Shown here one piece after another: positions 40,251 to 53,099 of a stretch of DNA of 64,000 nt. The stretch spans positions 37,076,001-37,140,000 of the forward strand of contig NC_043004.1 in NCBI RefSeq assembly GCF_006345805.1, given 5' to 3'. The notes under the pieces were generated by a model, which saw only the letters and a list, made by a program, of their open reading frames with translations, ran no database searches and was not told the DNA's origin. Source of the DNA: Octopus sinensis. Taxonomy: Eukaryota. Position 1 is the first letter of the stretch. Every line of letters starts with the position of its first letter. A program made the position numbers and the translations under genes.

Positions 40251-42470
40251 TTTTTTAAGACAATAATGTAACACATAGATAGTACAGCACAGGACAACAC
40301 ATACAAACGAAGTTGATGCGAGTTCAAATGAACCCTATTTAAATTTTTTAATGAAAAGATGAATTCTATATTATATAGTCTTTTTTTCCTCCTTTTGGGG
40401 GGGGGGGATTATGCCCAGTCACCTAAAAGGCCCAGCGGCTACCCCTTTCCTTTTTTTTCCCTCCCAATGCTGATTAAGTAGGGTTAATAGCACCCACCTT
40501 TCTTAATTTATGTTGACTCAATTTTTGTTTAAGAGGGGATACACCCGGCAGTCTGAAATGCCCAGCGGCTATCCCTTCTTCTTCTTCCAATGTCGATTAA
40601 GTTGGGGTACGAGCAGCCACCTTTCTTATCACAGCCTTCCATCGTTTCTCGAACACACTTCACGACAGGATTCTCCTCTCCAGCTCTATCTTGCTCTCCA
40701 GATGATATCTGAAGTAAAGTAGTAAACCAGGGCCAGAGATGAAGGATTCCGTCACGAATCCTTGCATTCTTGTCCTCCATATACACTCTTTCAACACTGC
40801 AACTGTAGGACGTCATCGTTTTTATACTCTACCAGCCCTCTATACAAAACCGAGGTGGCATTTCCACTGCCGGCCTTACCCGTCTTGTGGATAAGCACGA
40901 GTGCCTGTTGGTACTCAATTTGCCATTCAGTCAGATTACATCTTTTAATGAAACCGGGTTCAAATTGCTCCAAGAAAGAATTCCTCTGCCAGCGGATTCC
41001 ACACCTTATCACGTTCCAAGGAGCGCCAGAGATGCCTCAGCCTCAACGCATGTCTGCGCATCATCAACCAGGGCATCCCTAACCCACCCTTTAGCGGTTC
41101 CTGGTAGCAAACAAAGCGCCTCACAAGTGGGTTTCCTCCCTTCCACAAAAAGCGGTAGTTCCAACTTGTTTTGCCACAAATCGATGCAAGTAACAACGGT
41201 CAGGCGGTAGGTGATGACAGATGCAATAAACACCTGTACCACCTCCGCTCTTCCTTTCAAGGACAGAGCCATTCCGGACCGAGTCCGGACTAGAACCTCT
41301 ACCTTTTCTGCCACCTCGCACCAATTCTTCTCCGTCTGGGAGTCCGGTCCAAACCAAACTCCAATCAACTTAACAGGTCTGTCTGTCCAGTGACCCACGA
41401 CACTGGACGATATCGACTTGCTCCTCCAGGTGCCGGGGCGCAAGCCGAGGGACTTGTCCTTGTTAACTTTTGCCCCTGCCACCGCCTCGTATCCTTTAAT
41501 AGCGTCCTCTATACAAGGTAGCTGCGCTTCATTGGACACGATGAAGGTGACTTCATCCGCATAAGTAGAGACCGACTTACCGCATCCGATTTCATTAGGG
41601 TTGCCTCCCAACTTGTCCAACTTCCGCAGCAATGGCTCAAGAGCCAACACATACAGAAGCGGAGACAGGGGACACCTTCGATGAACTGAACGCTTGATCG
41701 AAAATGGCTCCAACAGATAGCCGTTTACCTGGACGGTGGATTTGATGACGCTATACAAGGCGGAGATCCACCTACGGAAGTCCAGGCCCAGCCCAGCCGC
41801 TTCGAGGACCGCCGCCAGGTACTGGTGGTCTACCCTATCAAACGTTTTACTTTGTTCTAAACGGACCATTGCCCCACCTTTGCTGGTTAATTTACCCAAC
41901 CTGTCTAAGGTGTAACATATAAGGTGAAGATTGTCCTGGATCAACCTGCCTACAAGTTTTTCCGCAACACGCGTCAACCTTTTGGATAATGCCCAGGCCA
42001 AACTCTTTAGCTCTACGTCAAGTAGAGTTATGGGCCTATAGTTACTAATATTATCCCCCTTGCTCGGATCCTTCTGGATCAGCGTCACCACTCCCCGACT
42101 CACAGAGCTGGGAATCCTCCCATTCTGTTGCCAGTTTGTGTACACGCTGGCCAGTAGGTCCCCAAACAAGTCCGGCATATACGATAAAACTCATAGGGTA
42201 GACCATCGAGCCCCGGCGCCTTGTCCCCGGCGCACTCGGCCAGCACCTCTTTTACCTCCGCAGGAGTAATCGGTCCTTCACAGCATTCCGCTTCCCGTGC
42301 TGAGAGTCGCGGCCCACCGGCTAGGAAGTACTTTAAGGGCTCCCCACGCTCAAGTGCGCTGCTCTCCCCGAACAACCAAGCGTAATGTTGGTGAAAGGCC
42401 TTTTGCATCATTTCCTGTCCATAAATCTTGCGCCCCTGCTGGTCAGTTAAAGACTTTATAGATAACGGTT
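40251..42470 (-). mobile_element. Tx1/L1-like LINE copy A, 5'-truncated; reverse transcriptase pseudogene (longest open stretch 41009-42178)
   Basis: KAPGLDGLPYEFY, NYRPITLLD, KTFDRVDH, RRCPLSPLLYVLALEP, YADEVT (degenerate YADD), GGLGMP. Frameshifts on both sides. Confidence 0.92.
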
Positions 42471-43329
42471 AACATGATATTAGAAGTTTGAATACTGCTT
42501 TGTTGACAGGAACAACGAGTTTGTGAGTAAATGTTTCTGCTTATGTGCGCACGCGCGCATGTGTGTGTATAGAAAAGAGCATTTTTATATGAACCCCTGT
42601 AAGCACCCTATCCACCCGATGACCACCCCTGCCAAGTGTGACGGGTGAAAATGATAAACAACATGGCCGGATGTTGTGTCTTGAAGAGGCAAATGTCATA
42701 AGTTCAGTGACTCACGCTACTGCTGGCTGCTGTTATTGGTTAACCTCGAGCAGATCCACGACATTCCATCCGTGACCAATTCTTCTGTTTAAAATGAGAT
42801 GTGTTCTTTCTTTATTTGAGATTTCGCTGCTATTTCTACTAGGTTGATCCTACAGGCCTGTTTGTTTATGCTTCTCTTTAGACAAGACTTGTTTGCATTA
42901 ACAGGCGCACGCACACACACGCACACATTCACAGGTACGAATTCACGTTGGCACACACACACACACACACACACAACAATATTCGCGCGCGCACAAACAC
43001 ACACGCGCGCGCACATTCATTGACAGCCACACGAACACTCCTCACTCATCTGTTTCTATCACCATCTCTCACTCTCTCTCTCTCTCGCTCTCCTTCTCTC
43101 TCACATTCTCTCTCTCTTTCTCTCTCACATATGCACGCGCGCGCGCGCGGACATACACTCACCCCTGCGCGCGTGCACACAAACACACATACTCATACTG
43201 ACACACATGCACGCGTACACACACGCACGCGTACACGTACACACACACACACACTCTCTCACACCAAATGCATTTTTCCTAACCAAACACACAAACACAA
43301 TTTCCTTCGATCTCCATTCTGTCGTGTTT

Positions 43330-43710
43330 GATCATAACCATCTCCTTCTCCTTCGTGTTCTCTCTCTCTCTCTCTCTCCCTCTTTCTCTTTCTCTTTCTT
43401 TCGCCCCCTCTCGCCTTCTATCTATCTCATTCCCCCCTGATTTCCTCGCTCTTCCTCTCCCCTATATTCTCCCTTTCTTTCCCTCACACCCTCACGCCTT
43501 CTCCCTCTTTCTCTACCTCACTCCCTCCCCTCCCCTCTTTCTCTCTTTCTCTTTCTTTCGTCCCCCTCTCGCCTTTTATCTATCTCCCCTCCCTCATTTT
43601 CTCGCTCTTCCTCTCCCCTATATTCTCCCTTTCTTTCCCTCACACACTCACGCCTTCTCCCTTTTTCTCTACCTCCCTCCCACTTTCTCTCTCTCTCTCT
43701 CTCTCTACTT
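43330..43710. repeat. Polypyrimidine tract with a ~157-bp direct dimer
   Basis: TATATTCTCCCTTTCTTTCCCTCACA occurs at 43463 and 43619. Confidence 0.85.
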
Positions 43711-43734
43711 CAGATAGGATGGTTCTTACTTTTC

Positions 43735-43870
43735 CGTGTCTGTGTGGTAAGAAGTTTGCTTCCCAACCACATGGTTCTGGGTTCAGTTCCACAGTGCGGC
43801 ACACTGGGCGAGTATATTTTATAGCCGACCAAATTCTTGAGAATGCATTTGGTAGACAGAAATTGAAAGT
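43735..43870 (+). mobile_element. OK-like SINE 5' fragment
   Basis: GTGTGGTAAGAAGTTTGCTTCCCAACCACATGGTTCTGGGTTCAGTTCC. Confidence 0.75.
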
Positions 43871-43894
43871 GCGTTGCTCGGTTATTCGGTGGGG

Positions 43895-44620
43895 ATGGCG
43901 AGTCAGGGATGATAGCGGATTTCAGTCCATACCTCGACGGCTTGCCAGACCTCCGGGTGGATAAGAATTGGGACGAGATGACAAGCAGGGTAGCCAGTCT
44001 CACCCAGAAATACGCTGCGAGAAAGCTGTTACTGAAAAGTCGTGCGGAGGTGGCGAATGCGTCCGTCATCTACTACCGCCAGACCGTCGTGCCTTTCCCC
44101 CGTTCGCGCCTCCTCTTCAAATTCTTCTGAAGGGGACAGGTTCCGTTGGTGAAGTGGTTCATCTACTGCCAGCATCTTCAAAGCGGAGGGCTGGGCATGC
44201 GTAGACATGTGCAAAACCTCCGGCACCTCCAGATATTCTGTCTAAACGAGGAACAGGTGTAGTCGCCGTTTGTGAAACAAGCCTTTCCCCAGCTCGTCTC
44301 CTTGACTGAACTGCAGTCCTGGGTCAAGAAGAGACCCAGACAGGGTGACTGGCTCCTGGAATGTTGCCAGGCACTCACTGCCCTCTACCAGGCGGGCAAA
44401 TCGGTCAGTGAAACATCCACTCTTGAGTTCTGTAGAGGGTTAGTAGTGGGAAAGTGCGATGGTGCACTCGGAGAGGCTCTGGGTGTCGACGAAGTCGAAC
44501 TGACCAATCTGTTCAGGAGGACTTTCGAGCCAGGGACGATGGATAACTTCCAGAAATCCCTCACTTGTCCCCGTCGACTCTATTGTCCCCTATATGTCGG
44601 TCCTTGCGGTCAATAAATGA
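43895..44620 (+). mobile_element. Tx1/L1-like LINE fragment, related subfamily
   Basis: DKNWDEMTSRVASLTQK..LKSRAEVANASVIYYR..GGLGM..GDWLLECCQALTAL is homologous to the post-RT part of copy A. Ends GGTCAATAAATG. Confidence 0.8.
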
Positions 44621-44624
44621 AATT

Positions 44625-45170
44625 ATTATTGAGTGAGAGAGCAGTGCATGCCATCAAAGTGACACTGGGGTGAAATATACGAAGCCCAGTATATCCATCA
44701 TGACTACCCGTCTGATAAGGGTACACTAGGCACATGCATCACAGCCATATGTGCGCGACATGGTGATCTTATATCAAGATAAACAGCGCATGACCTTGCA
44801 GGTGGGGCCTAGTTAGAATTTTCTTCTGGTCCAGTAGCCCATCCCGCTCAATAGGTCCCTGAATAAGGATTGTTTAAGGATGTTGAACGAACCACCCATG
44901 TTTCGAAAGGTGAATTATCCAAACCTCTAAGAATTCTTTTCAACACATGGATATGATGCTCCCCCACTACTTCTGCTCGTGATCAGAGGAGCACATATCG
45001 TCAGCCACTAAGAGACATGGTCAACTGGTTAAGGTCAAACAACTGACAAGCAAATCTGTGGTATTGAGCAGAATATTTACTGTAGCACATCTTTTATACC
45101 AAGACAAAACAATGTACATGATAACACTTCCAATCAGTTAAGATCAAAAGCCATGAGAGCCACTGTGAAG
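44625..45170 (-). mobile_element. Unclassified interspersed repeat, probably a retroposon
   Basis: GC-balanced ~550-bp block ending in an AAT-type tail on the minus strand. It resembles a high-copy octopus repeat from memory only, and no second copy is in this window. Confidence 0.35.
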
Positions 45171-45192
45171 CCATAAGAGCCATAAATTATTA

Positions 45193-45241
<49 letters not shown>

Positions 45242-46046
45242 CATCATTATTATCTCCCCCAAATCTCCCCCAAAATCTCAGGCATTAGAATATTAATACT
45301 TTTACTTTATTGATGATCGAACATTCCGACGAATTTTCTGCCTAGAATAGGCAACCACATTTTCCCAGAATGTTCTGTATCTGCAGTTAAAGACGTAGAG
45401 GAACTGGGAAAAAATATATCGTGAGCTGAAAACATGACGAAGATAAGGTTGCGATTGAGAGATGTCATTGCCATAATGAAATTTTAAGCATCAAAAGAAC
45501 TCGGAAACTGAAATGCAGTTTTGTGGTTGACTCTGCAGAAATATTAAAAACGGATAAATTACAATAAAAACACGAAACAAATATAAGAGAAAAATTAAAT
45601 ATCATGGTGTGTAAATAGTGAAGAAGTATTTCAAATATCATGATGTCAGCTAAGAATCTAACGTTGCTAGCATTAAACAACAAAACAAAAAAAATAACAA
45701 TAATAAAAATAAACAAGAACCAGCCAAAATACCACTGTTTCGCTTGAAAGTGATAACCTCCAGTTTAATGCTGTCCAGTTTTAAATATAAGAAAATGCCT
45801 TAATTTTTTTGTGTAATTTCTATACATTCTGATTCACTCTCATCTACAAACTCCTTACTACCCTTTTTTTACCTCCCACCTTCCCCATTCTACTCCCTGT
45901 CTGTCTGTCTGTCTGCCAGCTTATGTCTCTTCTCTCTTTTTCCATCTTCAGTCTCCCTTCACTTTAAGTATTTTTTGGAAGACGATTTTATTTAATTTTT
46001 AGTTTATCTCTTTTCTTTCACCCTAGTAATACACCTAAAGCACGCA

Positions 46047-46088
<42 letters not shown>

Positions 46089-46089
46089 T

Positions 46090-46900
46090 TCCTTTTAATC
46101 TGCACGTTTGTTACAATCACTTGCCGCGACACACCCAGAGTCCTAGGGCGAGTGAAGGTTATGAGATGTTACTGAAAGCTTGGGGAGGGAAAGCGGCAGA
46201 GGCAGTAGCGAAATACCTTCATGTAATAGAACACAGACATTTAAATTGATAGGGTCTTTCTTATCATAACTAGGGCACCCACAATAATAGGAACGGTTCT
46301 CGCTTTAAGATGCCACATATTTTGTATTTCAATTTCCAGATCCTTATATTTATTTAATTTGTCAAATTCCTTTACGGATACATTTTTATCCGTGGGAACA
46401 CTTACATCTATTTGCCTACAAGTATTTTCTTCCTTGTCTTTAATGACTATGTCTGGTCGATTAGCCTGGATCGTTCCGTTAGTGTTGACTGGAAAATCCC
46501 AGAGGATACTGACATCTTTACCTTCAACGACTGGCTCAGGATGATGTTCATAGCAGTAAGCAGGGTTGTTGATTTTGTATTATTTACATATTTTCCAATG
46601 TAAATACTGTCCTACCCTATCGTAGCAATTTTTGTATTCGTTTGGTGTCAGCACAGGACATCCCGAGACGCGACAGTCTAGTGTTTCATCAAATATATCG
46701 CAAAATCACCATTTAGGGTCAGAACCGCTGTGAAGAACGTTAGCCTGGTAGTTTTTGGTAAGCAAGATTTGATCTTGTGCCGACAATATGAAACCTTCAG
46801 TTTCTGCTTTCAGACCGGAACTTCTAAGCCACTTCGGCTTCGAAGTATATACTGTCCATGCAGAGGCCTCTGGCTCCAACGCGCCTCAATTTGTTTCTGC
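46090..46900 (-). mobile_element. R4/Dong-like non-LTR element 3' fragment (CCHC knuckle plus restriction-like endonuclease)
   Basis: WLRSSGLKAETEGFILSAQDQ..SGCPVLTPNEY..DRVGQYLHWKIC..ILWDFPV..QANRPDIVIKD..IDVSVPTD..KLNKYKDLEIEI..VPIIVGAL. Ends in (GAT)n. Confidence 0.88.
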
Positions 46901-47375
46901 CCGTTCTTTTTTGCAGCTCAGGAACAAGCGTTAAGGATCAACTATGTGAAGTACAGAATAGTCAACACTACCGACAGCAACAAATACCGAATGTGTGGTG
47001 ATAGGGGTGAAACGGCATTGCACATGGTTAGCAAATGCCCGAAATGGCATAAAGCGAATACAAAAGACGCCGTGACAATGTGGCAAGAATGATCCATTGG
47101 GAGCTCTGTGGAAATCATGGCCTACAAAGAGCAAAGACGTGGTATGAGCAAACCTCAGAAGGAGTTTTTAAGAATGAGAATTGCGAAATCCTGTGGGATG
47201 CAATGATCCAGTGCGACCACCTGACCAGACATCGGAAACCGGACATTGTTTTGGTGAATAAAAACGAAAGAACATGCATGATGATCGACATAGCATGCCC
47301 AGGTGACAACAGGATCAATGTGAAAGAAGGAAAATAAACAACTATGACGATTTGAAATGGGTAATACGAAAGTAT
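46901..47375 (+). mobile_element. R4/Dong-like 3' fragment, second subfamily
   Basis: FAAQEQALR..RMCGDRGETALHMVSKC..VARMIHWELC..ILWDAMIQCD..HRKPDIVLV..MIDIACPGD. Confidence 0.85.
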
Positions 47376-47419
47376 AACAATAATATTAATAATAATGATG
47401 ATGATGATGATGATATACA

Positions 47420-48170
47420 GCTAGAAAACAATTACAAAATAACCACCATAGGACTGCAAAAATAACTACATCAGATGCAAGGTAAGCTAATACAAATAGC
47501 CGCAAAACACAAACAAAACAAAAAACTGTTTTCAGTCTTTAAGGAAGCTGACAAATGCAAACAAGAAGTCATACTACTTAACAACTATGAGGAAAAAGAA
47601 GCAACAAAATCTGTAAAGCAATTAAAATCCAAACTAAGACTAGAACAGCAACGGACCATGATAAAAAAGATGGCAAGGAAAGCCCCTTCTTGGCATATAC
47701 TGGGTTAAACTTAAACGCAAAAGAAATCGACAAAGCAAAATCCCAGCAATGTTTGAGAAGCTCAGGACTCAAAGCGGATACTGAAGGATTTTTAATTGCA
47801 GCACAAGACCAAAGCCTCCTCTCCAGAAATTACCAAAAACATATAATGAAAAGAAACATAAGTAAGTGTAGAATATGTGGAGATAGACAAGAAACAATAA
47901 ATCATATTATCTCTGGCTGCCCAGTCCTGGCTAAGAAGGAATATATTCACAGACACGATAGAGTTGGGATCTATATAAACAGGAAGCTATACTAACACTA
48001 TGAAATAACAACAAAAAAAAGATGATATAGGAATACGCCAGAAAAGGTCACAGAAAATGAGAAAGCAACCATATTATGAGATATGCCAATACACACAGAT
48101 AGAGAAATTAAGGCCAATAGGCCAGATATAGTGGTCAGAGATCATCAAGAAAAAAATGCTTTCTAATCGA
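47420..48170 (+). mobile_element. R4/Dong-like 3' fragment, third subfamily
   Basis: LRSSGLKADTEGFLIAAQDQSLLSRNY..CRICGDRQETINHIISGCPVLAKKEYIHRHDRVG..IKANRPDIVVRD. Runs into (GTA)n. Confidence 0.88.
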
Positions 48171-48216
<46 letters not shown>

Positions 48217-48229
48217 TGTGGTGGTGGTG

Positions 48230-48279
<50 letters not shown>

Positions 48280-48555
48280 TGCTGTTGTCGTAGTGGTGGG
48301 ATGCTAGTTTTTGCCAGTGATGGTCAATATTTCCGTCTTCAAATCTGTGTGAATAAAGAAATCACTGAGAATGAGTCCGAGCCACGAATGATTTTTCATT
48401 CATTCTTTCTTCCTTAATTCATATTCCTCAGCCTAATTTTTCACTTATTGACCCCTACTCCATCAATTTGTTTCTTAATTTGATCCCTCTGCACTTTTTA
48501 AGTCGTTGTTTAACAAGAACTATCTTTCACCGTAGTGCATTTAGCATAACTACAT

Positions 48556-48875
48556 ACCTATTTCTTTACTACCCACAAGGGGCTAAACACAGACAGGACA
48601 AACAAGGACAGACAAATGGATTAAGTCGATTATATCGACCTCAGTGTGTAACTGGTACTTAATTTATCGACCCTGAAAGGATGAAAGGCTAAGTCGACCT
48701 CGGCAGAATTTGAGCTCAGAACGTAACGGCTGAGTTCAAATTCCGCCGAGGTCGACTTTGCCTTTCATCCTCTCGGGGTCGATAAAAAAAGTACCAGTTA
48801 CACACTGGGGTCGATATAATCGACTTAATCCGTTTGTCTGTCCTTGTTTGTCCTCTCTGTGTTTAGCCCCTTGTG
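48556..48875. mobile_element. Head-to-head inverted SINE pair (146-bp arms, 10-nt loop)
   Basis: 48574-48719 is the reverse complement of 48730-48875, with roughly 10 mismatches by eye. Confidence 0.92.
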
Positions 48876-49489
48876 AACCACCAGGCAGAGCATTCTTCAA
48901 CAAATAGGTTGGGCCGTTTCCAGTGTACAAACTTTGTCAAAGTGAACAGAGATTGGTCAATTTTAGTGTCCAGAATTTGTACTGGATTAAGAAATTTGAT
49001 ATTCGTATGTCGTGCTTCGCCATTTCAGGAATCCCAAACTTCTAATAATAAAAAAAAAAAAACAGATGAAGAAATACTAATTTCGAAGTATGGCTTACCT
49101 CAAACAAACACTTAGATTACATAAATTGCGATTCAGTATCAGACAAACGGTAAATCAGATCAAAATTGAAAAGAAAAATGCAAAATCGAATTCTTTTCTG
49201 AAATGTGGTTTCTGATTGAATATAACTTTAACCAATTTAATCTTCTTACGACTCACGGAGGCGAGAGAAAAACCCTATTTTCTATAGATTTCAACCATCA
49301 TGTATTCAGTCGTTTTCCATGCATATTTTTTAAAATACCCGAAGGGTTTTTAGCTCAACATTAATAGATAAACCCTAAAGGAGTCTTATGACAAATATAG
49401 TGATTTTTATCCGCCATGTAAATATAACAGTAAGCAACTCTTGACGGTTAGTGCGTAGAAGTTACATTTATAGCTGCAATAAGGGATTA

Positions 49490-49960
49490 TATGCACATGT
49501 ATATATACACATATGTGCGTGTATATGTATGTGTGCTTGTGTGCACTCGCAAGTGTATGTTTATGTATGTGTGCGTGTGTGCGCTCGCACGTGTGTGTAT
49601 ATATATGTGTGCGTGTGTGTATATGTATGTGTGCGTGTGTGTATATGTATGTGTGCGTGTGTGTATATGTATGTGTGCGTGTGTGCGTTCGCACGTGTGT
49701 GTATATGTATGTATGCGTGTGCGTATATGTATGTGTGCGTGTGTGCGCTCGCACGTGTGTGTATATGTATGTGTGCGTGTGTGTATATTTATGTGTGCGT
49801 GTGTGTATATGTATGTGTGCGCGTGTGTATATGTATGTGTGCGTGTGTGTATATGTATGTGTGCGTGTGTGCGCTCGCACGTGTGTGTATATGTATGTGT
49901 ACGTGTGTGTATATGTATGTGTGCGTGTGTGCACTCGCACGTGTGTGTATATTTTGTTAT
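49490..49960. repeat. Compound purine-pyrimidine minisatellite (GTGTGTGTATATGTATGTGTGC-like units)
   Basis: Read directly. Confidence 0.9.
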
Positions 49961-51564
49961 GCATTTCTCTATTAACGTACGCTTGAACATAGGAGAGAGA
50001 GAGAGAGAAACAGACAGACAGACAGAGAGAGATAGAGAGAGAGAAGGTCTATTAAAATTGCTGTAGAAAACATAAGTGCATATGTGTGTGTGTGTGTGTT
50101 TATCGAATAAGAAGGGTGGATGATGTAGAGTGTGTGTGAAGTTGAATAATAAGAGCAGCAGCAGCAGCAGCAGCAGCAGTAGTGGCAAATGGTGTTGTAC
50201 GTCGAGATGATATAAAGATAGGAATAAGGAAAAGCAAAGCAATTTCTAACGAAAAAAAAAACAGGAATAGGAAATGAAAGCTTTGAAAGAGAGGGGGAAG
50301 GGGTAATTGCGGTGAGAGAGAAAGAATGAATAAGAGAGAAAGGAAGAAAGTGAGAGAGAGCGAGTTGGGGTGTGGGTGTGGGGTGGGGTAATTTTAAGAG
50401 AGAAACGGGGAAAGAAAATAAGTGCGACAATAAGTTAGTGGAAGTGGAAGAGGGTGAAAGGATGAGAGAGAGAGAGAGAGGGGGGTGAAGGGATAGAGAA
50501 AATGTGAAAGAGGAGTGATTGGGGGAGGCGGAAGAAGTGAGGAGAAGGAGAGAGAAACAAAGTTGGAGTTAGAAGAAATAATGGAACGGAGAGAGAAGTG
50601 AAGGTAAGGGATTGTAGAAAGACAGAATGAGAGTGGGAGAGAGAGAGAGAGAGAGAGAGAGATATGAAAGGAGAGAGGGAATGTGAAAGAGGGGCGAGAA
50701 GAGGAGTAATTGGGAGAGAGGCGAAAGAAGAGAGGAGAAAGAGAAAGAAACAAAGTTAGGGTTAGTAGAAATAATGGAACGGAGAGAGAAGTGAAGGTAA
50801 GGGATTGTAGAAAGACAGAATGAGAGTGGGAGATAGAGAGAGATAGGGAGAGCGAGAGAGAGAGGGAGAGAAGAGAGAGAGAAGAGAGAGAAGAGATGTA
50901 ATGTTTGGTTGAAGGATTCCCGCAGAAGAAGACGGGCGAAAAGAGTTGGGTTATTTCCGATATCTGTGAAATGGAAATGATCACTTAGCTCTCGGCACGT
51001 ACATACATACAAACATATACGAGTGTGTGAGGTTGGATGGTAAGACCGACAACAACAGCAACAACAAGAACAGCAGCAGCAGTAGCCGCAGAAGTAGCAG
51101 TAGTAAGTGAAGTGTGCGTAGATAAATGGAATACAGGAATAAATGAAGAATGAAAGAATAAGAAACAAGGTATGTACCTAAACAATGAGACGAGTGAAAC
51201 AAACAGTATTATACACGTCCTTAATGTAAAATATATATTTACACATACATATACACATGCACAAATTTGCATACAAACGCACGCATATATGTCTGTGTAT
51301 TTGTGTGTGTATAGGTGCGTGTGTGTGCATGTTTGTACGCATGTATGCGTATACGTGTGTGCATATATGCGTGTGTATGTATGAATGTATGTATGTATGT
51401 ATGTATGTATGTATGTTTGTATACACACACAAATGCATGTATGTGCAAAAGAAAAAGGACTCAATACACTGCGTAGAGTATATCTATATTAGTAAACAAA
51501 GAATTGTTGCCTCGGGCAGCTATTAATAGGGGTTTCATAGACAACAAAACAACGTGTTTGGTCG

Positions 51565-52780
51565 TCCTCACATTCACCATGAACGGCGATTTAACCACTT
51601 CTAAGTTGAAAAGTAAATCCTTGCTGGTCATTGTCAATGTGTTGTTTCGTTATTCCAATATCATTGATTAAGGAATGGACTTCTATAGTGTCAACGGGAA
51701 CGCATTGAAGTCTCCAGAGAGAGCAAAGAACCGAGGCACACTGCGTCAAACTTGTCTGGATAGTGAACCTGGGATGTACCACCGATATGACGGTAGTCAT
51801 CACCCAGATAAGGCGGCGAGCTAGCAGAAGCGTTAGCACGCCGGGCGAAATGCTCAGCGGTATTTCGTCTGCCGCTACGTTCTGAGTTCAAATTCCGCCG
51901 AAGTCGACTTTGCCTTTCATCCTTTCGGGGTCGATAAATTAAATACCAGCTCTGCACTGGGGTCGATGTAATCGGCTTAATACCTATATCTGTCCTTGTT
52001 TGTTCCTTCTATGTTTAGCCCCTTGTGGGTAATAAAGAAATAGGTAGTCATCACCCAGGATAATTTCAGTCGAGAAAGGAACTAAACAAGACGATTCCAT
52101 CTCTCCGAAAATCTCTCCAAAGCTCTCCACGGTATATCTTGAAATTGTCATCAGACACATGGATTGGAAAGGTGGTAATGAGCTACTAACATACCTCCGA
52201 ATCGAACGTTGTATCGTTCTCATCGTACTAAAATCCTGTCAGCTTCAAATCATGTTGAGAGAATTTGACACCCAGTATTCAACAGTAGGCCTCAAAATGA
52301 GCCGTGCGTGAAAATACAAGCGGACCCGAAACACAGCACACAAGACCATACTGTGGTGGGAGGAGATGACCGGAAGGAAGCGAAGGAGAAGTATATCTTC
52401 TTCGGACAAACAGTAAATATATACCAAGGTATGAACGCTGAAATCTCCAACAGAATCAGAGCAGAGTGAAATATCAAAGATGCATCCACGTCGCTGTTGG
52501 ACAATTGAAAAAAATGGTAAATCTTTTCAAAAGTACCGTCCTACTTGAACTCTTATATGCAAATGAGATGTGTACCAGTGCGAAGAAGAAAGAACAGTGA
52601 CTGGTTGTAACACATGCAAAGACCAATGCTAGGAATTGAGGAGCAAATCGGAGAAGCGGAGAGTCCCAAACGGAATGGAGTGAATTATATGATCGCAGAA
52701 TACTGAAAGCACGAGTTCTGCTGGGCCGAACACGTGACAAGATTCTCAGAGACAGCAGGGGAACTTGTGCATTTGTCTTG
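51565..52780 (+). mobile_element. RTE-clade LINE reverse transcriptase pseudogene fragment
   Basis: HIFTMN..LGCTTDM..ISVEKGTKQDDSISPK..LTYLRIERCIVLI..KYIFFGQTVN..EISNRIRA..LFKSTVLLELLYANE..FCWAEHVTRF parallels RTE-type RT motifs. Confidence 0.75.
51810..52042 (+). mobile_element. tRNA-derived SINE with a 16-bp TSD, inserted in the RTE fragment
   Basis: GGTAGTCATCACCCAG at 51792-51807 and 52043-52058. Confidence 0.95.
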
Positions 52781-53099
52781 TAACATTCAAGAGGTCGGTT
52801 GAGATCTTTCCAAAGAAGTTCAAGACATTGGTTAGATGACATGGTTGATAATTCTGCACCAAATGTAAGAGAAGGGTAGAATTAAGAAGAAAATGGAAGA
52901 GCATAGTGACAAGCGATGTATAAGAATATCCAATATTCTAATAGATAGGGTGATGGAGTAAAGATTTTTGCTAACATAACATGGCAGACCTGGTTCAGGA
53001 CGAATGTTGCTGTAATTTAGCCCCAGGAGACATCGTCTCCAGCTGGCTATACGATACGATCTGTGTCCTTGTATAAAATTCCCTTGAACAGGTTGGTAG

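Noticed and set aside
41009-42178. 389-aa ORF as a functional gene
   Set aside because: It is a LINE RT with a degenerate catalytic motif (YADE), flanking frameshifts and 5' truncation.
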